A DNA stretch of 59,876 nt, filler included, from Catajapyx aquilonaris (lineage: Eukaryota): the NCBI GenBank assembly GCA_000934665.2. It is 2 parts of 2 records of this genome, joined end to end, with 100 filler letters (N's around TTAATTAATTAA, not from the genome) between each part and the next. Parts side by side here need not be neighbours in the genome. Positions count along the whole stretch, not along the records: positions 1 to 29,929 come from KZ539201.1; 1 more part is not named here. One strand, 5' to 3'. A program made the translations under genes and the position numbers. Position 1 is the first letter of the stretch, and every line of letters begins with the position of its first letter. Positions 1 through 9,997 of this stretch are shown here, piece after piece. The notes beneath the pieces were generated by a model, which searched no databases, was not told the DNA's origin, and saw only the letters and a program-made list of their open reading frames with translations.

Positions 1-2030
1 TTACAGCCTCCAACAGGCGGCCCTTCACTCCATAGAGACTCAGAACTTCCCACAAACCTTCCCTACTTACTGTGTCATATGCTTTCTCTAAGTCTACGAA
101 GGCAACAAAAACCTTCTTGTTTACAGCTAAATACTTTTCTATCACGAGTCTCATACAGAATATCTGATCTACACAACTCTTACCCGACATCAACCCACTC
201 TGAATATTCAGTATTCTCTGACTCTTTCTATCAAAACCTTAGCATACACTTTCCCTGGTACACTTAACAAACTAATGCCCCGATAATTCTTGCTGTCACA
301 CACATCTCCCTTACCCTTACACAGAGGTACTATAATAGCATCCCTCCAATCCCTAGGAACTACACCATTATCAAAAGAAACCCTACATAAATTAGTCAAA
401 AAAGTAACTACATCATCCCCACCACACCTCACCATTTCCGAAGAAATAGCATCAACCCCAGGGGATTTACCTACTTTAAGTCCTAAAGCTGCAACTTCTT
501 TCTTAACAATATCCCCACAACCATCATTACTTGGTACAACATCCCCAATTAAACTTACAGATACATCAACACTGGCCTTATCACTTGCTGACAGCAAGTC
601 CTTAAAATACTCTCCCCAGCGCCCTTTCGCCTCTCCTCCATCCCACAGCATGTCACCCTTCTTATCCTTCACACCCACAACACTAACCTTATGGCCAGTT
701 CTTAACCTCCTAACAGTCTTCCAAAAAGACTTCTCATCCTCCTTGAAGGCCTTCTCCAGCCTCTCACTCTCCTCTAGACCTACTGTACTTGCTTCTTACT
801 CTCCCTAACAACCCGTGCTGCCTCCCGCTTCCAAAACCTATACTCCCCTGCAGGGACACTACTCTGCAGCATTCCTAAGTAAGCCTCCTTCTTACGATGA
901 ACAGCCTTAGCCACCTCCTCGTTCCACCAACGATCCCCCTTCTTACAACCCACCTTAGCCATACCACAAATATCAACAGCACTACTCACTAAGGAGGACT
1001 TGAAACAATCCCAAGCCTATTCTAAGGACTTAACTGTCTTGTTCCCTTCTATCAATCTATCAGAAACTAGCTGTTGATATTCCAAACCTAATGCAGGAAG
1101 TTTCTCAACCTTAATCCTCTCAACCACCTCAGGTTTGTTCTTAAACATCCTCCATCCAATACCTCAAATGGTCGGAACCACCATCTACACCTCTAACCAC
1201 CTTAGTATCAACTACCTTTGACCTCAACCTATTATTATCTATCAGTACAAAGTCAATCAAGGACTTCTGACCTAATGACCTATTCTCCCAAGTATACTGA
1301 TGAATCCGTTTGTGTGGAAACACAGTATTAGACACATAAAGGCCCCTCTCTACACATAAATCCAATAAACTCACACCATTTCCATTAACCCTGACATCCC
1401 CATAACGACCAAACACTCCCTCATACCCCGGGCGAGAGACACCCACCCAAGAATTAAAATCCCCTGCAAGAATTATCCTGTCATTACCATTGAACCCATC
1501 CAACACAGCACTTAAGCTATCCCAGAACATCTCCTTATCCTCATCCGAAGATGAGTCAACTGGTGCATACACAGCCTCAACCACAATCCTAGTCTTAACC
1601 ACCTTCAGACTCATCCACATTATTCTCTCACTAACCTGACTATATCCTTTCACACAGTGCACCAGCTTAGGACTAATCAGTATACCAACACCTGCACAAG
1701 CCCTCTCCCTTTCATCTACACCAGACCAGAAACCTGTTAGCCCATTGAAATCACCCACTGAACACCCCTTCGTCTTGGTCTCAGACAAGCACATTATATC
1801 TAAACGAGCATCAACAAAAGCTTTCCTAACAATATCACACTTATTATGAATCCCTCTTACATTAACAATGGAAAGTCGAACCTCGGAGTTTTTTAGTCTT
1901 TTCTTACTACCCACCCCACCTACCCCCAAACTTCGAACATTCCCAGAATCTAGGAGAGAAACTGAACTTAAATTAGTATGACTTGCGGTTCTCCCGATCA
2001 TCTCTTCTCGACCAAATCAGATAAATAGCC
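1..2030 (-). mobile_element. Decayed non-LTR retrotransposon (RTE-type LINE): APE endonuclease plus N-terminal part of reverse transcriptase; runs off the left edge
   Basis: ORF 1141-2001 has AP-endonuclease motifs (NVRG, LSETK, GVGILI, VYAP, AGDFN, NGNG, HQYTW, IDF, SDH). It continues through frameshifts and stops into 780-989 (RWWNEEV), 208-678 (KSPGVD, WRDAIIVPLCKGKG, NYRGISLLSVPGKVY) and, read by hand, 1-200 (FVAFVDLEKAYDTVSR, LWEVLSLYGV). No ORF1 seen. The 5' boundary is approximate. Confidence 0.92.
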
Positions 2031-2231
2031 CAGGATGATCCCTTTTCTCCTGAATGAGGCTGAGTGGTCCACATACCTCTTTTGCAAGGCACTACTCATA
2101 ATTAGTAACATTACCAGAGTGAAATATTTCCTATATTATCATTTCAAAAGCAACTTTACAACTACTGTCAAAAGTTTTGACAAAACAAACTATTCACATG
2201 TATCTGTCTCATGTCTCACAATGTCTTTTTG

Positions 2232-4370
2232 TTAGTTTGGAGTGAAGTTATCACAGAAAGAGGGACTAACAAATGTGATACCCCTTGCACCCTGGAATGA
2301 AATTATTTTGTTAGCTGAATATAACAAACTGAGCACCATATCTACCTTATCCTTGGGATTCATCCCTGCCTTGGGAACTGACACAGTGTGGCTGCCAACC
2401 TCCAGGCCCAGAATAGATGCCACTATCTCATCCTCGATTGTCATGGTCATAGTTGATTCTCTTCTGTCTGTGGTTGCAATTGATTCGGCCTGCAACTGCT
2501 GACGCCCCAATGCCCTCATGGTTGGCAATAAAGCAACCAGCTCCTGATGTGTTGACATGATGGCAGGTTGGTCAGGATAGCCATGCTTGCACCGCAAACC
2601 CAAGAAATCTGCCAGTGACAATGATGCTGCCATATTAGGCCCAGCAACTTCCAATATTTCTTCTAATGTACACTGGCTCAACATTTCTTGCAGCTTTTCC
2701 TTTCGCCGTTGTGACTTCTCCTCAGTTGTGTAAGCGTAGCGTCCACGCCGCTTCTTCTTCCTGATTGTGAGTCCATTTTGGTCTTGCTGTGAAGATTGAG
2801 GTGGGTCTTGTGTAGACTCATCAGTGTCATGGGGTGGATTTAGGTGAAATGCAGGTTGGCGTGCTGCAGGCAAATCTGATATGGTTCCATGATCTGGAAA
2901 CATGCCAAAATGAGTTGCCATCCTGGCACGACCTAGGTAAATCTTACAGCATTTTGGACAACGGTAATGAGGTGGGAGACGTCGTCGCCCTTGTTCAATA
3001 CCAGGTAGCACTGGGGTTGCTTTGTCTTCCTCAGCCATCCCTCCCTCCGAAAATTGGTAGTCGGAATAGCCTCCATCTGAATCATCCAAATCTGGTTCGG
3101 AGAAATCCAGGTGGTGGAGACACTTATAGTCTCGTATCATATGACGTGACGGTCGGGACAGTCGTCCAGAACGTGTTCGAAGCAGTTGCTTTTTCCTCTC
3201 CTTCTTCTTCTCCTGTGACAGTTCTGGATCTGCTTCAGGTGACTTTTGGCTAGATACTGACTGTGGTGGGCGGCCACGCTTGCGTTTTGTTCCACACTGC
3301 GGTGAAATGGTGGTAGTGACATCAGCCTTATTTCGTAGATTCAGACCTTCTGGATGAAACACCCTGTAGATGATGCGTGTATTAGTCTCATTGTCAAATA
3401 TGACCTTGCATCCAGGAGCGGATTGTGAGTGTGTTGACAGGTGATGCCTACGAAGAACTGTGGCACTGTGGTGGAGGTGCTCAGTGTTGAGGTCTTGGTT
3501 GCATATGAACCGCCTGTTCATTTCTTGAATTAATTGAATTGGATTTTCACTGGATCCAAGAGGCTTATCTGAGTTGAATTTCCGGACTGGGATTTTCTGG
3601 TGTGGCTCTGGGATGGTGGGTGCTGGTGTGACGGTAAGGAAAATAGGTGGCGGTTTAACAGCCCCTGGTGCCACTTGTGTAATTGTTGTGCGTGTAGTAT
3701 TTGCTGTTGTAGTCTGAGGCAGCTGCACAGTGCGCACCATTAATCCTAGCTGTCGTTCTGTCACTGGGATAACAGCAGTTCCATTACGTGGCTTTGGCTT
3801 CAGCAGGCTACGCATATTCTGTGGCTGAGGCTGTGGCTGAGGCTGTGGCTGTGGGGGTGGCTGCTCTGGAACTTGTACCATCCCTACCTCTGGTTCTGGT
3901 TCAGGCTCTGGTTCTGGTTCAGGTGCAGGCTCTGTCTCCATCATAGTCTCACCCTCTGCAGGTGCCTCCTCCATGTGTAGAGTCGCTTCCACATGGGCCT
4001 CACCGCCATTCAGTTGCAAACCCAGAGCTGCAACTTGTTCCTGCGTCAAAGGTATGGTCTGTGAATCACCATGTTCTCCATGTATAATAGCCACGAAACT
4101 CGCCACATTTCCAGGCGACACCTGAGCATACTGGGTGGTCTGCTGGGTTTCTGCTGGAGCTGGCTCAGTTTCTTCTGTCTGCTCAGACACATCTGGTGTT
4201 ATTGTCTCAACTACATCTTCTTCACTTCTGGCTACCACTGCCTCACTTGCTTCTTGCAAAGCCTGCTGAAACACATCTGGGCTTATATTGTTCAGGTCGC
4301 TATCACCTGTGAGTATAACCGCCTGTCCATTAATAAACACCAGCCTGGCATTGGGTCCAACCTCCTCCAT
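2232..4370 (-). CDS. ZNF839: ZNF839-like (DUF4764-type) nuclear protein with AT-hook and C2H2-like finger; possibly a decaying copy
   Basis: 712-codon ORF with KPLGSSENPIQL, AT-hook KRKRGRPP, RTRSGRLSRP..HM..DYK..D..DDSDGGYSDY and CPKCCKIYLGRARMATHFGMFPDH. I recall these blocks from ZNF839-like proteins; this was not searched. The last ~38 codons probably read through a 54-nt intron (2292-2345). Upstream there is an in-frame TAG (4377-4379) and an out-of-frame ATG (4474). Confidence 0.72.
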   Translation of the reverse strand: MEEVGPNARLVFINGQAVILTGDSDLNNISPDVFQQALQEASEAVVARSEEDVVETITPDVSEQTEETEPAPAETQQTTQYAQVSPGNVASFVAIIHGEHGDSQTIPLTQEQVAALGLQLNGGEAHVEATLHMEEAPAEGETMMETEPAPEPEPEPEPEPEVGMVQVPEQPPPQPQPQPQPQPQNMRSLLKPKPRNGTAVIPVTERQLGLMVRTVQLPQTTTANTTRTTITQVAPGAVKPPPIFLTVTPAPTIPEPHQKIPVRKFNSDKPLGSSENPIQLIQEMNRRFICNQDLNTEHLHHSATVLRRHHLSTHSQSAPGCKVIFDNETNTRIIYRVFHPEGLNLRNKADVTTTISPQCGTKRKRGRPPQSVSSQKSPEADPELSQEKKKERKKQLLRTRSGRLSRPSRHMIRDYKCLHHLDFSEPDLDDSDGGYSDYQFSEGGMAEEDKATPVLPGIEQGRRRLPPHYRCPKCCKIYLGRARMATHFGMFPDHGTISDLPAARQPAFHLNPPHDTDESTQDPPQSSQQDQNGLTIRKKKRRGRYAYTTEEKSQRRKEKLQEMLSQCTLEEILEVAGPNMAASLSLADFLGLRCKHGYPDQPAIMSTHQELVALLPTMRALGRQQLQAESIATTDRRESTMTMTIEDEIVASILGLEVGSHTVSVPKAGMNPKDKVDMVLSLLYSANKIISFQGARGITFVSPSFCDNFTPN

Positions 4371-4479
4371 ATTGAGCTACAAGTTTCCGAAGTCTGATGT
4401 GTCCGCACACACTGCACTTGTCCCGCGAATCTTTTCAACTTCCCCAATCGTGATGATTACATGGAGGCCGCCATGTTGG

Positions 4480-4870
4480 ATGTGCCGTACAAGCGTTCGA
4501 AAAGTGGCGTCCCTTCTGCACGACACAAGACACAACACAATGCACCAAACCGACACTCGATTTCAGGTAGTAATTAACAAGGGAGCTGGACGGGGTTGTT
4601 GGCGGGCTTGGCTGAACTGAATCGAGGGTGGGAAGGGAGAAGAGGTTCGGGATAGCGTCTGGCGGGAGGACAACCGGAGGCCATTTTGTTTTTATAACCG
4701 TCATTCAAGATGCTTATCCGGGATTGGCGGGCCGTCGGAGAGGCCCCTCCCTCGTCGCTGTGACGTCACTTCCCCTCGTTTATTTTGAATTGAACGAACC
4801 GCGGTGGTGGTTGATACGTACATTATTGTTGTGCCCCGATTCGAGTGCCCAATTACTACCATGTGGTCGA
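4480..4870. promoter_or_regulatory. CpG-rich putative (bidirectional) promoter upstream of the ZNF839-like ORF
   Basis: Locally CpG-rich. CRE palindrome TGACGTCA at 4761-4768, CCAAT on the minus strand at 4723-4727, Inr-like TCAGTT on the minus strand at 4615-4620. Confidence 0.45.
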
Positions 4871-5032
4871 ATATAGCGATTTTCTCGGATTTTCCATAAT
4901 AGGACACCTGGTGGTGGTGGTGGGGGGGGGGGGGGNNNNNNNNNNNNNNNNNNNNNNAAAAAAAAAAACGCTTGGAGCGAAACTCTGTGCATTGTTGCCA
5001 TATGTGCACGGTGCATATGTGGTATTTGCTGT

Positions 5033-5539
5033 ATGAACTTGCCAAGTGTGCCTTCATGTGTCTGCTTTCCCGCTTGCGAATCTGAGGAAAAGTCGAACAA
5101 AGAAAACTAGAGCGCTGAGGGCAGTAGAGCCCCGAATAAGGCTACAGTCATGGTCGACATGGAGGAGGACAGGCCGGTGACGAGGGGTTATTCACTTACA
5201 TTTCTAGCGTACACGGACTACACCCTTAGTGAATAGAATAACCCCTCAGCCGGTGAGAGATGTTGTGCAGAGCAGCAATGAAGGAGAGACGAGAGAGAAA
5301 GGAGGATGCAAAGGGAGTGTCGGTGGAAGCATAGAGGAGATGGTTCAGAAGAAAGAGATGCAGATAGTGCGCCATGAAGTCAGAGACCCAACCTCCTCCA
5401 TTGTCTTGCCAAATAGGGTCTTTGCTAGTTATCTGCTGCACTTGAATATGCTTCAGGTGCAGGACAATAGTGTACCGCCAGGCAACAAGAGTGCTAAGAA
5501 TCATCATCATCATCATCATCATCAGCAGCAGCAGGAAAG
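5033..5539 (+). pseudogene. Possible decayed first coding exon of an unidentified divergent gene (ends in poly-His/Gln)
   Basis: ATG 5033 reads MNLPSVPSCVCFPACESEEKSNKEN*SAEGSRAPNKATVMVDMEEDRPV..., with TAG at 5108-5110 and a +1 shift near 5228 into ...LPNRVFASYLLHLNMLQ...HHHHHHHQQQQER. Donor-like AAG|GTACGG at 5540. Confidence 0.35.
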
Positions 5540-6042
5540 GTACGGTACTCTGAATGTTTCATGAGTTAGAGGTAAGGTACAATACAGAACGGTAGGCTGC
5601 CCTTTGACCCTATGTAGCGGGTGACCTGATGATTTTCAGGTCTTAGCGAAATGTTAAGAATTGATTACCATCTTATTTTCTAAAGCATATAAAAAATTGG
5701 GAGAATTTAGCCGAAAGCCATTTCCCAACATGAATGGTGCCATGTCCGGAAGGGCCGAAAGCGTCATTTGCAATGGAAGCTACAATTCATATCATCATGT
5801 CAGTTGCTGCCCTCTGGGGCACAGTGGTCCATTTTATATACTAATGGTTTTGAAAGACACTAGTACCGGTACCTTATTACCCCACTTAAAGCGGCATGCT
5901 GATGTAGTCGAGGTTGACCAGTTTTTAGAAATGCACGATGTGGTGGACTGGCATGCCGGTGTAAGCGAGGTATGCTGGTATAAGGAGAGGTTTGCTTATG
6001 ATCTCTATGAAAATTATTATTACTCAAAGGAATGCATTACAC

Positions 6043-6515
6043 CAGCGGTTCTCAAAATGTGGGGCGCACCCCGTGGGGGGGAATCCAAAAATTATGCGAC
6101 TCGAAACAGGCACAAAAGTCGCACTGATTAGGTAAGAACTACTTCTCAGGGCTTACTGTAACGTGCAGTTCTACCCGATTTGTGCAGGTTTAAAAGCCAA
6201 ATGTGCAGTTCTGAATAAGGATTTGTGCAGTCAGATAATAGCAGACAAGTCTGTTATATCCGGATTCAACTGCACTTGTATCTACATTGGCATTGCTGGA
6301 AATATAAAGAGACTGATCTTTCTACTTGCTTATATCTGATGTGCTTACAGTATAGGAGGATTCCACTGTACTTTGTCAGTCATTACATTCACCAAATATT
6401 GTGTGAGCTTGAACACAAAAAAAATTCTGCCTGCGGCAGGCTTATTGGGCTGGGGGGGGGGTATCTGAAATTACTTTCTAGGGGGGCCCAATGTGGCAAA
6501 GTTTGAGAACCGCTG
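6043..6515. mobile_element. hAT-family MITE
   Basis: TIR CAGCGGTTCTCAAA / TTTGAGAACCGCTG; perfect 8-bp TSD CATTACAC (6035-6042, 6516-6523). Confidence 0.9.
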
Positions 6516-7795
6516 CATTACACCAGGTTCTACAGTATGGATACAGCCCAGGACACTTCTATCGCCTGACACATCCCATAAAATCGTTCCTTAAGTTCAA
6601 ATTTTACGGCAACCTTTTCAATTAAAAGTGCAAGGCTGCTAGAAGGGAAGCATATTTCCCAGGATATTTCATACATTTGGTTTGGATTTAATTATCTGAG
6701 TGACGAGGCTTCTCAGACAAATTGATCCCACTTTGCAAAGTGATCAAATGATTGCCAACGAGATCTACGATCAGCGAACTATTGATAGCAAAATGAAGGA
6801 CTGAAGGAATTTGCCTTCATCCTTTGCAGATCCTTCGTAATGTGTAGGGGGATTAGATGTAGGGAAAAAATCAAACATACTTGTGTGAATTAGGGGTCCC
6901 AATCACTTGCGGACCACTGTGCCCCGGGTATCAGAGCACAGCGGTCCATTTGTATAGGGCAGTTTCTAAAATTTATTTAAGCCAAAGGGATGGCACTACC
7001 TGTGAATATACTGTGTTAGTCACTTATATTACCAGAGTACCTCCACCATGCCGAAAAATATTGTGTGTGTAGGTCTGTAGCTCTTATAAAAATTCAAATG
7101 TTCGAAAGTGGACCACTGTGCCCAAACTTATTCAAAAACCCTGTCTGCTCACTGCTCTGGGGAAACCCCCCTCCCGGGCTGACTTTTTACCCCATTATTT
7201 TTTAAATAATTTTAAAAATCTAGCAAGAAAGCAACTGTACCCAAAGGAATTATTGTAAAAATTATCTGGTTATTATTGGATTTGGGGGGGGGGGGGGGGG
7301 GNCAAATTTTGGCCTCACAAAAGGCACCTAAGGCCCGTATTCATAATGGAATTCGAACGCGGGGTCGGGGTTGAACCCAGGGTTGAGGCGGAGTTGACCC
7401 CGGGTTCGTATTCATAATGGCCTTGAAACCCGTGATCCGGGGTTGAGTCGGGCGGGGAGTTGACCCCGGTCCTGGACCAGGGTTCAGTTCTGAACTCGGG
7501 GTTGAGGTCGATTGCAAATGGCGGAAGGGGTCGAAATTCATGCCGTTCTGAAGCGGATAGACCTCCGACGCGTGTGTCTGAGGAACCGGGAGAACCCGAT
7601 GGAGGTGTACGACGACGCGACTTGTACTTCCGATGACAACGGTACCGCCTGCGGAAAGACTGCGTGTTGAACCTGCTCGAAATGATCGCGGCCGACCTCG
7701 TTCTTCCTCTGTAGACAAGCGGGCCATGGTGCCCGGGCCATTTCAGGGCCATCAGTCATGCAAAGACAGTGATTTTATTGGGTAGGCTACATATA

Positions 7796-8164
7796 CAGGG
7801 AGGCCCAAGTTCAAGTGAGAATGTAACAGTTATAAATAGCAGTGATTTTGCTCCATTCATGTAGCAGCTACATCTGAACTGTTACCTCATCCGCGTCATC
7901 GAAAATATTAGCTGCCAATAGCAGCATACATGTAATGAATATGCTGGAATGCCAATCCGGCAGTTCACCCGCGCCACACACGGGGTAAAACAGGCACTGT
8001 ATTTTTTCCAGGTCAACCCAGCAGGATTCATTACATGCTTGATTACATGTATACTGCTATTGGCAGCTAATATTTTCGATGACACTGATTTAGTTGCTAC
8101 ATGAATGGCGCAAATCACTGCTATTTATAACTGTTATATCGTCACTTGAACTTGGGACGCCCTG
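7796..8164. mobile_element. Tc1/mariner-type MITE nested in the Harbinger element
   Basis: TA TSD; long imperfect TIRs CAGGG.G.CCCAAGTTCAAGTGA...TAACAGTTATAAATAGCAGTGATTT, mirrored at 8100-8164. Confidence 0.85.
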
Positions 8165-8324
8165 TAGTTCGTAGACTACATTAGTACTCCGATGTACTCA
8201 TGTACAGTATACCTTACACAATTTTTGTAGGAAAAGAATGCGTCTCGTACCACCCCCGCCATGAACCAAATCTAAATACAAAATTATGATCACTGTTGCT
8301 CCTCACCCAAAATCTGATCTCAGC

Positions 8325-8605
8325 GGGGCGACACGGTGGCGGAGTGGTTAGCGCCGCAGCCTTCCACCTCTAATGTCCCGAGTTCGATCCCCGGATCGGA
8401 CAGAGTATAATTATGCTTATGTGGATAGAGTTTCGATGGGTTCTCTCTGTGTTCGCGTGGGTTTTCTCGGAGGTTCTCCCGTTTCCTCCCACTATCAAAA
8501 TCCATCACAGCAAAGGCAACTTTGATTAAAGTCGGTTAATTAAAAAGATGATCCCCTAAAAACCCCAAGGAGGCTTATCACGGGGTATCCATTATTATTA
8601 TTATA
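8325..8605 (+). mobile_element. tRNA-derived SINE with V-domain-like central region
   Basis: Pol III A box TGGCGGAGTGG (8337-8347) and B box GAGTTCGATCC (8380-8390); central GTTCTCTCTGTGTTCGCGTGGGTTTTCTCGGAGGTTCTCCCGTTTCCTCCCAC; (ATT)n tail 8591-8604. Confidence 0.85.
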
Positions 8606-9997
8606 GCTTATTCGGTACAATAGATGGTCATCACTTGCTATTTGGTCCAATAGTCAGCTCATTTGCAGGCGTATATTTTACAATATACTGCAAAGTTGGG
8701 TAACAATAATGGCTAGTGATGGGTCTGAGATCAAAAGTGGCCAAGTCTACTGCAGCAATTATATATTTTAATGTCTTGGGATATTAACAAAAGTTATTAG
8801 CTCTTCGTATTAATTACACATTTGCGTATATGTAGCAGAGCTATGCGGCAACGTAATTATGGTCGTACAAGATTGTACCAGCAGTGGAAGTTAGTAGCGT
8901 AGTTAACAGTTAGTAGTAGGTTAGTAAGTTAGGGTGGAATTTTTGTCGTACTACTATAGTTACTTGTAACTCGTAGTACGACGAAAATTCCACCGTTCGA
9001 AATTAAATAGTAAGTTAGTCACCAGTTATTTTCACTCATTTGCCAAGCACAGGGCCGTTTCGCGACCCGTCCGCGTGAGAGTGCTAGCGCCGCGTCCGAT
9101 ACGGTACCGTATTGGGTAGTGTGACGTGACGAAATGGACGCCTGTTTCCAAGCCTGGTAAGCCCTGGGGTTGGAACGCGGAGTCTTCTCAACCCCGCGGA
9201 TGTTCGACATTATGCATACGGATCGGGTTCAACCCCGGGGTTAACCCCAACCCGCTCTCAACCCGGGGTTACTCAACCCCGGGTTGAGAATGTCCATTAT
9301 GAATACGGGCCTAAGTCTGCCCCTGAGTGTCAAATCTAGTTGAAGGAGGAGAGAATGAATATCCATTCAAGTTGGTTGACAGTGTGAAGAGGTAAATCAA
9401 CAGCAAACACCAATATTTAAAATATTACATCACATAACTATTTGAAAAATACAATAAATAAATCAATGGCAATTATTTAATTTCCTAAAACACACCTTTA
9501 AACGTTCCAAGAGAAATATTTCCCACAATACATATGTACATCACCAACACACTAGGCACTGAGTTTAAATTGTTTTCCTCACTCACAAAAATAATAATAC
9601 ACATAATATAAACAAATATATATCGCAGCCTCAAATAAAGTACAGTATATGCATTGAACAGTCCTTCATTAAGTGGCTTTGCCAATATTGGAATGTATTT
9701 TTAATTCATTAAATTTTCACACCCATCCTTCCATGCCCATTCACTTTGTAGGGTCCATGAAGACACAAGCATAAGTCCATAGGTGATTTTCCATGTGAGA
9801 GGTTGGCATGATCAAGACATGCTTGCAATGAGATGTACACTGTAGCATTCCATTGTAGCAGGAAGTAAGCCAGAATGTTGTCTGTATGTCACTGTGATGG
9901 CATCTCGCTCCCTAGTAGAACTGAGCCTTATAGCTCACCATGAAAGGTGTAAATACTGGCTAATAAAACATCCAGACTATTCACTTGGGTATTGAAA

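Larger units (their letters stand above)
7332..9311 (+). mobile_element. Non-autonomous PIF/Harbinger element with transposase N-terminal remnant and nested insertions
   Basis: 18-bp TIR GGCCCGTATTCATAATGG; 3-bp TSD TAA (7329-7331, 9312-9314); many subterminal AACCCCGGGTT-type palindromes. From ATG 7518 it reads RNRENPMEVYDD..FR*QRYRLRKDCVLNLLEMIAADL (frameshifted), typical of a HARBI1-like transposase start. Confidence 0.88.

Noticed and set aside
290..808. 172-aa Ser/Thr/Pro-rich + strand ORF
   Set aside because: Antisense shadow of the LINE coding strand.
4435..4704. LPPDAIPNLF resembling the THAP-domain AVPTIF box
   Set aside because: No upstream C2CH zinc ligands in frame, and the region looks like promoter/5' UTR.
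4915..4970. Poly-G/poly-C tracts with N runs (also ~7283-7302, 10786-10830, 31556-31575, 37449-37462) as G-quadruplex elements
   Set aside because: The tracts are interrupted by Ns, so their length and sequence are unreliable.
8325..8400. Possible tRNA genes here and at 19448, 45723, 46990
   Set aside because: A and B boxes are present, but there is no clean cloverleaf or oligo-T terminator. Each continues into a repeat body, most with a simple-repeat tail or TSD, so they are SINE heads.
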